32,000 bases of DNA from positions 3,300,001 through 3,332,000 of the forward strand of contig NC_010296.1 in NCBI RefSeq assembly GCF_000010625.1, read 5' to 3'. Below are positions 7,895 through 15,255 of this stretch, piece after piece. The stretch's first letter is position 1, and each line of letters begins with the position of its first letter. Both the position numbers and the translations under genes were made by a program. Below the pieces are notes generated by a model, which saw only the letters and a program-made list of their open reading frames with translations, did not search any database and had not been told where the DNA came from. The stretch is from Microcystis aeruginosa NIES-843 (lineage in GTDB: Bacteria; Cyanobacteriota; Cyanobacteriia; Cyanobacteriales; Microcystaceae).

Positions 7895-9884
7895 ACCCGC
7901 ATTTCTCACAAACTGAATTAAGAACCTAATTTGGAGGTTAAAAGTTGGTGTTTTTCAAAAATAAGAGAAACCCGCTTAGTTATCAAGGAATAATCTGACT
8001 AAACTAATCAAAAAATTCCTGAATTACTGGAAAAATTCCGTCAATTAGGGAAAATGTTCACGACAAAGTTAGCTGAATTTATAAGCAGCCATTTTTAAGA
8101 CTATTTAATGATCTTTGAAAACTCTTCAACTTATCCAGTTCCCGCTATCGCTTGAATTCTAGAGTAAGCTATCGCTAAAATATCTTGATAGGGACAAGAA
8201 CTGGCAATTGCGATTAAAATTCTTCTGACACTAACAGTAATTCTAGCTCCTAATTTAAGGAAATTAAGGCGAATTGTTCCCACTGTCGCTTTGGCAAAAG
8301 AAGTTTTAGCCAAACAATTTTGACGAAAAGCTTGCATTAAAACATAAGCCATTGATGACAACCAAAGTCTTAATTGATTACTCTCAAATGTCTGTGTCGA
8401 ATTCCGGTCAGCAAATAAGTCTAATTGTTGCTCTTTAATTCGATTTGACCTCTCACCTCTGGGGCAATATTTTTCAGTGTAAAGTTTAGATGGGGGAATC
8501 TTTGATGCAGGTAAAGAAGTCACAACGTGGCGAATTTTTACGCCCTCACTACCAGGACAAACTTTTGTCACCACTCTTCTTGAACGGCTCCAGGATTTTT
8601 GGGTTTGATAACATAGGGAACGATACCAAGTCGATTCTGGTACCAATTTCGCCAATTCTCCTAACTCTTCATCGGGAGAAAATAACGTCTCCATTAATTC
8701 AGTAACTGGCTGAAGTCTTTGCTCGTAATCTGCCTTAGCTTTCTCAATTACATCGGTCGCTCGTAATTTTAATTGACTATTCGTTGCCATTGCTAAAACA
8801 TAATCAACTCCTGCTTGACTTTCGCAAAATTTCATGATATCTTCACGGGAATAGGCACTATCTCCTCGTACTAATATCTGCGTATCTGACCATTTTTCTC
8901 GAATTATACCGATTATTCGCTGCAATTCTTCTAATGCTCCCCCAGCAGTATCTACATGAGAAGACCGGAGTTTAGCTACTAATAAATGATGCTCACAGAA
9001 AATATACAAAGGAGCATAACACACTCCTTTATAATAAGTATTGAAAAACGCTCCCTCTTGATTTCCATGCACTTGGTCATCGGTGACATCCATGTCTAAA
9101 ATAATTGGTTTCGGTGGCTTTTTGTAGGATTCTAGAAAGATGTCCACAAAAGCTTTTTCAATTTCTTTGGGGTTAGGCTCGATTTTATGGTAACGACTGT
9201 TCTCTTGATTGATGACTGTTTCCGGACAATATTCTAGTCGATTAATTGTACTTTTTCCCGCTAAATTTGCTTGGGCTGAGTCAATAAAATTTAGTTTTTT
9301 CAATGCTATTGCTAAAGCTGGAGCATGACGTAATTTATCATGATCATTGACATCCTCATATCCCAAAACTATCCCATAAACTCTTTGTGCGAGTAGTTCA
9401 TGAACTGAATAATCTAGATAGGATGAATTTCGATAATCTCGAAAACATTCGGCAAACCGAGCCGTTATTTTTAGCTTTTGGTCTAACTCTGCCATCAAAA
9501 TAATTCCTGCATCTGAGGTGATTTTTCCTCCCTCAAAATTAGCGATTACTTGTCTTCCATTGAGGTTTCCAAAATTTAATTGATTGAGTCGAGACTGGTC
9601 TGAACTAGGAGTCATAAACTTGACATACTTTAAATAGTTTTAATGATTAAATTATAGCAAGCTTTTGACTTCATTCTCTACTTAAAATTGAGACTTTATC
9701 AACTAATTAACCTAAAAATACGCATTTTAAATTTGTTCTTTTTTCAAGGTCTAATTGATGATGAGCTTAAGTTGAATCCTAACAACACACTGTCGTTTTT
9801 GCTACAAGGCGATCACCCAGTCAAAACCCAGATTTTGTAAGGCTTCGGGGGTTGGTGATCGTACTTTTTGTGAGAAATGCGGGT
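7895..9884 (-). mobile_element. IS1380-family insertion sequence (~1.99 kb)
   Basis: 18-bp perfect terminal inverted repeat: ACCCGCATTTCTCACAAA at 7895-7912 and its complement at 9867-9884. Flanking TCCT/CCT direct repeat (7891-7894 and 9884-9887). One transposase ORF. Confidence 0.8.
8131..9615 (-). CDS. IS1380-family DDE transposase (494 aa)
   Basis: N-terminal GRQVIANFEGGKITSDAGIILMAELDQKLKI, then ILDMDVTDDQVHGNQEGAFFNTYYKGVCYAPLYIF and ILVRGDSAYSRED. These match my recollection of IS1380-family signatures. Confidence 0.88.
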   Translation of the reverse strand: MTPSSDQSRLNQLNFGNLNGRQVIANFEGGKITSDAGIILMAELDQKLKITARFAECFRDYRNSSYLDYSVHELLAQRVYGIVLGYEDVNDHDKLRHAPALAIALKKLNFIDSAQANLAGKSTINRLEYCPETVINQENSRYHKIEPNPKEIEKAFVDIFLESYKKPPKPIILDMDVTDDQVHGNQEGAFFNTYYKGVCYAPLYIFCEHHLLVAKLRSSHVDTAGGALEELQRIIGIIREKWSDTQILVRGDSAYSREDIMKFCESQAGVDYVLAMATNSQLKLRATDVIEKAKADYEQRLQPVTELMETLFSPDEELGELAKLVPESTWYRSLCYQTQKSWSRSRRVVTKVCPGSEGVKIRHVVTSLPASKIPPSKLYTEKYCPRGERSNRIKEQQLDLFADRNSTQTFESNQLRLWLSSMAYVLMQAFRQNCLAKTSFAKATVGTIRLNFLKLGARITVSVRRILIAIASSCPYQDILAIAYSRIQAIAGTG

Positions 9885-10139
9885 CCTAGCACTAATGATT
9901 CTGATGTTTTCTTGTCTTTCAGCATGAACAAATAAAAGCAAGCGGTTTTGAATAGAATAACCAATTGTCAAAAAACGATCTTCTAAGATTGAATGAGTAG
10001 GATCATCTAAAGTCAAAGAATAGGTATCTTCAAAGACAGTTTTAGCCTCATTAAAAGAAATATCGTGTTTTCTCAGATTTATCTTAGCTTTATCTTCATC
10101 CCATTCAAAATTAGTCGTCACCATCTCAATTATACACAA
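9885..10139 (-). pseudogene. 5' part of the BrnT/DUF497 toxin gene interrupted by the IS
   Basis: FEWDEDKAKINLRKHDISFNEAKTVFEDTYSLTLDDPTHSILEDRFLTIGYS...IRIISAR is the DUF497 pattern. The track ORF (9813-10139) continues into the IS end (TRISHKKYDH...), which is not native sequence. The start is Met at 10139 or 10124. Confidence 0.75.
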
Positions 10140-10496
10140 TAAATAAAATAAGTGGTATAAAAATCGCCCACCCTACTATGGTAAACCTTTAGTTAACTAA
10201 AGTGCGCTCGCCTTTGGCTAGATACTTTCGGGAGCGCTCTATCTTGATCTTTATAGATGTTGGAAAAAAAACAATAAATTTGTGATACTGTTATCATTTT
10301 GACAAGTTATTGATGCTCTTTCTCAAGAAGATCGTCTATGATTAGCAACAAAATTAGAACAAAAGAAACAAAAACAAGAACCTTATGCTCGCTCAGATTG
10401 GGAAACCACAAAAGCACGAAGAACCACCACAGACGGCCAAGAGAAGAACGAACTGAACAATTAATGAATGCTTGTTTCCCTCATCTTTCTGGTGCA

Positions 10497-10591
10497 ATTA
10501 ATTGGGAATTCTGGGCCGATCGCACCGGGATCGTTCACGTTCAATTTGCTAAAGCTTCCAAAGGACTCCAAGTAATTGGGGGCGTTTTTTT
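10497..10591 (+). repeat. duplicated, internally deleted rplA 3' fragment plus terminator copy
   Basis: 10497-10558 matches rplA 7053-7110 (GGAATTC-GGGCCGATCGCACCGG-ATCGTTCACGTTCAATTTG-TAAAGCTTC). 10565-10591 matches the rplA terminator at 7313-7339. About 200 bp between the two matches is missing. Confidence 0.8.
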
Positions 10592-10681
10592 GGCTTGATC
10601 GCCCGATTGATATAGAATCAAAAGGCTACACTCAAGATTAATCGCTTGAACTATTCTCTTGTATCTGTTCTTAGAGCCAGC

Positions 10682-11605
10682 GTGTGGATTGTAGATTCCC
10701 CTAATACCCGTATTTTAGCCCCCAGTGCGATCGCTCTTGGTAACTTTGATGGTTTGCACCTAGGTCATCAAACCGTCCTACAGCCAATTTTTCAGGATGA
10801 ACCCGCTTATCCCACCGTTGTTAGTTTTACTCCCCACCCGCGGGAATTTTTTACGGGAGAAAAATGGCAATTATTAACTCCTCTAGGGGAAAAGGTGGAG
10901 GTTTTAGAGAATTTAGGCGTTAAACAATTAGTTTTACTGCCTTTTTCGGCTGAATTAGCTTCCCTGACTCCCTTGGCTTTTGTCGAACAGATTTTAGTAG
11001 AAAAATTACAGGCTAAATCGATCAGTGTTGGTCAAGATTTTCACTTCGGTTATCGTCGTCAAGGTACAGCCGAAGATTTATTACAGATCGCCTCTCAATT
11101 TAATATTAAAGTCGAGATTGTTGGTTTAAAAAACTGTGGGGCGGGTCGGATTAGTAGTTCCCTAATTCGTCAAGCTTTGGCAGCAGGAAACGTTGAGCAA
11201 GCTGGGCAAATGTTAGGTCGTCCCTACAGTTTAACCGGTCGCGTGGTCGTCGGGCAACAGCTGGGCAGAACATTAGGTTTTCATACCGCTAATCTACAGG
11301 TTCCCCCCGATAAATTATTGCCGCAATTCGGGGTTTATTGCGGTTGGGTGCCTCTTGATGGTTCTCGCTTACCGGCAGTTATGAATATCGGTTATCGTCC
11401 CACGATTGAGGGAAAAACTGTCAGTGTGGAAATCCATTTATTGGATTGGTCGGGCCATGTATATGATCGTATTTTAACGATGGATTTAGTGCAATTCCTG
11501 CGACCAGAACAGAAATTTAATTCTCTCGATCGATTAAAAAATCAGATCGAGATAGACTGCGATCGCTCTCGATTAATTCTAACTTCTGTAACTGACAATT
11601 CCTAA
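10682..11605 (+). CDS. ribF: bifunctional riboflavin kinase / FMN adenylyltransferase
   Basis: AIALGNFDGLHLGHQ (adenylyltransferase motif), SSSLIRQAL, and a C-terminal riboflavin kinase part (GFHTANL, PAVMNIGYRPT, EIHLLDW). GTG 10682 is preferred; the track's TTG 10646 is possible. Confidence 0.9.
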   Translation: MWIVDSPNTRILAPSAIALGNFDGLHLGHQTVLQPIFQDEPAYPTVVSFTPHPREFFTGEKWQLLTPLGEKVEVLENLGVKQLVLLPFSAELASLTPLAFVEQILVEKLQAKSISVGQDFHFGYRRQGTAEDLLQIASQFNIKVEIVGLKNCGAGRISSSLIRQALAAGNVEQAGQMLGRPYSLTGRVVVGQQLGRTLGFHTANLQVPPDKLLPQFGVYCGWVPLDGSRLPAVMNIGYRPTIEGKTVSVEIHLLDWSGHVYDRILTMDLVQFLRPEQKFNSLDRLKNQIEIDCDRSRLILTSVTDNS

Positions 11606-11874
11606 TATTTTTGGTATTCTCTTTCCACTTTACCCACCGCTTTCAATAAAGGAGAATCGAGGGAATCGATCCAATCAGCTACTTCTCGCGCTAATCCTAG
11701 GGTAACAATGCCTTGAGACGGTGGTAATTGACCAGCTAACGCCTGACTTTTGATGGTTTTCAGGACAGAAATTAAACCCTCAATCCGAGTCGATCTTTCT
11801 GTTTCCCGCATCTGTTCGGCCACGGTAATAGCTTGGTCAATTGATTGAACTAATTCCCTCATGTTCGTTTCCAT
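11602..11874 (-). CDS. hypothetical small helical protein (90 aa)
   Basis: ORF lies 6 nt downstream of the 11881-12405 gene on the same strand, which implies an operon. No signal peptide and no recognised family. Confidence 0.55.
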   Translation of the reverse strand: METNMRELVQSIDQAITVAEQMRETERSTRIEGLISVLKTIKSQALAGQLPPSQGIVTLGLAREVADWIDSLDSPLLKAVGKVEREYQKY

Positions 11875-11880
11875 AATATT

Positions 11881-12405
11881 CTAGCGACAGGAAAGAGATG
11901 TAACCGTTATTGCTCGCCCCTCTCCCCATTGTATATTGGCATCTCGCGAGTCTTTAATAAAAGTTTGCTGACCACCACCGGGATAACAATCAGCCGGATT
12001 CTGGGGGGCGACAATTCCTTGATAAACCGTTGTTCCCGCAGGTAAAGTCACCGATACCACTTTGGTCGCTTGATTGGGAGGATTCCACTTTTGATCGAGG
12101 GCTAAATTTCTGATCACCTCCACATTGGTGGTATATTGATCCGTTGTTAGAAAACGACCTTTTTTGTAATTTTCGTCACTATAATAACGGAAGAAAGTCT
12201 GGGGTTTTTCTAGGGTAATTGCCTGACATTCACTATTGCGAAAAGTGATGGCAAGATCTGGAGGAAGGGGACAGGAAGGAGCCTGATCTTGAGCCAATAT
12301 TTTCCGAGAATTGAAAGTCAAATTTTCGGGTAAACTATTGGTTAATGTACTGGCAGCGATTCCTAAAACAAGACTAAAAACGAGTGAACTGGCTTTCATC
12401 TTCAC
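11881..12405 (-). CDS. secreted protein, possibly a TNT/ART-fold toxin-like domain (174 aa)
   Basis: N-terminal signal peptide MKMKASSLVFSLVLGIAASTLTNS. Mature part has 4 Cys. The segment YQGIVAPQNPADCYPGGGQQTFI resembles the G-x-(I/V)-AP...PGG-x-x-Q signature I recall for TNT (DUF4237) NAD+ glycohydrolases. The domain call is tentative. Confidence 0.6.
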   Translation of the reverse strand: MKMKASSLVFSLVLGIAASTLTNSLPENLTFNSRKILAQDQAPSCPLPPDLAITFRNSECQAITLEKPQTFFRYYSDENYKKGRFLTTDQYTTNVEVIRNLALDQKWNPPNQATKVVSVTLPAGTTVYQGIVAPQNPADCYPGGGQQTFIKDSRDANIQWGEGRAITVTSLSCR

Positions 12406-12653
12406 TGATTAAGAGAAATTCTTCTCGATTTTACCGTACTGAACCGACTTAAAATCTTGATTTCGCCCACTGGCAACAATTCTTAACTAATTTTCTTCAT
12501 GCTCCCAACCCTAACCCCGATTAGCTCCCTAGCAGAAAATTTCCCGCCATTGTCTGTCAACTTTTCTCGCTAGTTTGGGCAAATTAGGAAAAGAATCGTT
12601 AAGATCAAAAAAACTTAACATTAATCTTCTTGACAAAATCCCCCATTTGTACT

Positions 12654-13577
12654 ATGAGAGACGCTATTGATATTTTGATGGAAAATTTGAGCCAGAGCAT
12701 CGTTGGCCAAACCGAATCGATTCGCATTGTGCTGGTGGCTTTACTCAGTGGTGGCCACGCTCTCCTGGAAGATGTACCCGGAGTCGGCAAAACCCTGTTA
12801 GCCAAATCCTTAGCGCGTTCAATTAACGGTCGTTTCCAACGGGTACAATGCACCCCTGACCTCCTGCCTAGTGATATCACGGGAACCACGATTTGGAACC
12901 CCAACAGTCGCGAATTTGAATTTATCCCCGGCCCCGCTTTTGCTAACGTCCTGTTGGCCGATGAAATCAACCGGGCCACCCCGCGCACTCAATCGGCACT
13001 TCTAGAAGTCATGGAAGAAAAACAAGTTACCGTCGATGGAGAAGCGCGGCCGGTCCCCCAACCCTTCTTTGTTATCGCCACCCAAAATCCGATCGAATAT
13101 CAAGGCACTTTTCCGCTTCCAGAAGCACAAATGGACCGTTTTGCCGTTTGCCTGAGTTTGGGTTATCCCAGCGCAGCAGAAGAATTAAAAATGTTACAAA
13201 GACAGCATTCTCAAGAGACGGTTAAATCCCTAGAAGCTTGTATTTCCCTAGAACAGGTGGGAGAATTGCAAAGATTAGTCAGTCTGGTTCGGGTCGCTCC
13301 CACTTTACAGCAATATATCGTCGATTTAGTCCGCGCTACCCGTGATCACGAAGATATTAGTTTAGGAGTCAGTCCCCGGGGTTGTGTGGTTTTGCAAAAA
13401 GCAGTTCAAGCTTACGCTTTCCTCGAAGGTCGTGATTATGCTATCCCCGATGATGTTAAGTTGATTACTCCCTACGTCTTCTGCCATCGTCTGATTCCTA
13501 GTCACGGTCGTCAAGCTAAAGCTATCGTGGAAAGACTTCTGCAATCGGTGGCGATCGAGGATCGCATCTATGCTTAA
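12654..13577 (+). CDS. MoxR-family AAA+ ATPase
   Basis: VGQTESIRIVLVALLSGGHALLEDVPGVGKT (Walker A), LLADEINRATPRTQSALLEVMEE (Walker B / sensor), FFVIATQNPIEYQGTFPLPEAQMDRF. ATG 12654 is preferred; the track's TTG at 12630 is possible. Confidence 0.9.
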   Translation: MRDAIDILMENLSQSIVGQTESIRIVLVALLSGGHALLEDVPGVGKTLLAKSLARSINGRFQRVQCTPDLLPSDITGTTIWNPNSREFEFIPGPAFANVLLADEINRATPRTQSALLEVMEEKQVTVDGEARPVPQPFFVIATQNPIEYQGTFPLPEAQMDRFAVCLSLGYPSAAEELKMLQRQHSQETVKSLEACISLEQVGELQRLVSLVRVAPTLQQYIVDLVRATRDHEDISLGVSPRGCVVLQKAVQAYAFLEGRDYAIPDDVKLITPYVFCHRLIPSHGRQAKAIVERLLQSVAIEDRIYA

Positions 13578-13970
13578 ATTTCAGTTATTGATGAACGGTA
13601 AGTTACAGGGTATTTCTAAATTCTGCCAAATTGGTAGAGCCGATCTATTAATTGCTAGTATTGCCTTAGCTAACTCAAGGCTGGGGTAAAAACATTTAGT
13701 GAGTCCACGGAAAATCTCCTCTCAGGAGAAAACAATGTTTTGTTCACAATGTGGAACCAAAAGTGGACATCTCTAAAAATTATCACCCGATCACAGCTTG
13801 CTTTTATGTTCTGTACTAATCAAGCAGTTCGATAACGGAAATGTATGTCTATCGTTGCTAATTCAATTTCAATGATCGTTCCCTTCCTCCTTGCTAGAAA
13901 AGCGATCGCCCGATCTTGTATAGGCTAGATTAAGTTTCTGTAAAATTACCTCTCTGAATGCGATCATCAA

Positions 13971-14885
13971 TCAATTTTGATACCACGGAAGTATGTAATT
14001 TTTAGAAGCTCTAACAAACCCTTTTTGGTTGTTATATTCAACCATCAGCCATAAACCACTATTGCCAAAACCAACATGAAAAACTTTCGGTCTTTGAGAA
14101 CTAGAGTCAACCAGACTTTTGATCACTGTATTTATAGGGATAGTGGTGATAGGCGGTGAGCCTGTACCAACAGAAGGACGTAAATTCAAATCAGTCAAGG
14201 TTTTAAAGTTTGGCGCATTGATAATCTCCCAAACCTCAACATCATTTTCACCGGCCTTTTCTTGCATTTCTTCCTGCGTCATGGAGTAGGTTACGTCACC
14301 AAAATATTCTCGAAAGACTTCTAGACCCACAGATTGAATTTCATCAAAAGAGGATGGGATAGGTCGTGTAGCAGTTGATTTTGGAAAAACCAGGTACTCA
14401 ACTCCAAATTCGATTCCACTAATAATCTCAGTTTTACCAGCATTCCAAGGGTTTTCTCCCAATGCTTCAACCAGTTTGATCGAGCCTTCACCAATTTTAT
14501 CGCTAGGTCCTTGATCAGCATAAATTGCCAAGATTTCCTGTCCTTGCCAACGGACAAGAGCTAAGTCTCCTAGTTTGCAAGTTACACCGGAGACTGAAGC
14601 AAAATTTCCGGGTAAAACATAATAGGGAATGGTTTCTGCATTGACATACTCAGCATCTCCTCGCCAACCTTTGCTCTTGCGGAGAGATGTTGGCAGTTGA
14701 CCATATTTGGGATCAATAGTCCGTGCGCGAGGTGAACCATCAGCATCCGTATCCATATCAGCTTTGATGTAAACAGCGCCGTTACTGAGTATCTTGATGC
14801 GTGATTGAGTTGGTTTATAGGAATGGGAAATGCTCCTTCCTGCTTGTATAGCAGAAACAATTTTATCTGACCATAACTGAGACAT
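13971..14885 (-). CDS. GH75-like (chitosanase-family) hydrolase with C-terminal SH3b-like domain (304 aa)
   Basis: KADMDTDADGSP, IPYYVLPGNF and GDLALVRWQGQEILAIYADQGPSDKIGEGSIKLVEALG match my recollection of Glyco_hydro_75 motifs (DMD-DCDG, IPY-V-P, GD-GP--IGE-S). The C-terminus (LNLRPSVGTGSP...GLWLMVEYNNQKGFVRASKNYILPW) looks like SH3b. No signal peptide. Confidence 0.7.
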   Translation of the reverse strand: MSQLWSDKIVSAIQAGRSISHSYKPTQSRIKILSNGAVYIKADMDTDADGSPRARTIDPKYGQLPTSLRKSKGWRGDAEYVNAETIPYYVLPGNFASVSGVTCKLGDLALVRWQGQEILAIYADQGPSDKIGEGSIKLVEALGENPWNAGKTEIISGIEFGVEYLVFPKSTATRPIPSSFDEIQSVGLEVFREYFGDVTYSMTQEEMQEKAGENDVEVWEIINAPNFKTLTDLNLRPSVGTGSPPITTIPINTVIKSLVDSSSQRPKVFHVGFGNSGLWLMVEYNNQKGFVRASKNYILPWYQN

Positions 14886-15255
14886 ATTGATTTCCTCCCA
14901 AGGATAAAAGATAATTTTAGTTTGACATTAAAAACCGACTAGATTTACTCGCATTTAAAATATCTACCTTCTTTATCTTCGGACTTTTGTTTACACCAAT
15001 CGTTAAAATCAATTAAGTAGGTGGGTGGAATTAAATATAAGATGAACGTAGGTTAAATTGAAGCATGAAACCCAACGCCCGCAAGGGTTACGCTACCGCC
15101 AACTCATCCTTTTTTCTCTTCATTATTATTCATAATTCATCCCCTCTATCTTACTACTTAATTTCAGAACACTTACGCCACCTTATAAGTTTGATGGCTC
15201 TCTTGATTACTGCGGACAAAATGTTCTACCATAATAAACAAGAGAGCCGCTTTGA

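Noticed and set aside
8490-8705. 71-aa ORF on the plus strand inside the transposase gene
   Set aside because: Antisense shadow ORF with no independent signals.
9813-9884. C-terminal 24 codons of the 108-aa track ORF (TRISHKKYDHQPPKPYKIWVLTG)
   Set aside because: This part is read-through into the IS1380 terminal repeat and is not native brnT sequence.
10270-10470. Possible frameshifted small antitoxin-like gene (VIDALSQEDRL* then LATKLEQKKQKQEPYARSDWETT...)
   Set aside because: It resembles the start of 'addiction module component' proteins, but it is very short, interrupted and low-complexity. Support is too weak to annotate.
10338-10598. 86-aa ORF containing [16 protein letters not shown]
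   Set aside because: A chance ORF that runs through low-complexity A-rich sequence into the duplicated rplA fragment. The L1-like peptide comes from the repeat, not from a gene.
12605-12988. 127-aa minus-strand ORF overlapping the start of moxR
   Set aside because: Antisense to a strongly supported AAA+ gene, with an Arg/Ser/Pro-rich shadow-frame composition. The 13362-13544 minus ORF is rejected for the same reason.
13570-13785. PIN-like tail ORF (MLKFQLLMNGKLQGISKFCQIGRADLLIASIALANSRLG*) and zinc-ribbon-like mini ORF (MFCSQCGTKSGHL*)
   Set aside because: These are fragments only, too short to call as genes. They are mentioned solely as possible remnants in the MoxR finding.
14321-14860. 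Two minus-strand ORFs (14321-14557, 14582-14860) nested in the GH75-like gene, and the plus ORFs 15448-15657 and 15633-15815 in the lysin gene
   Set aside because: Alternative-frame or antisense ORFs inside longer ORFs that have clear domain content.
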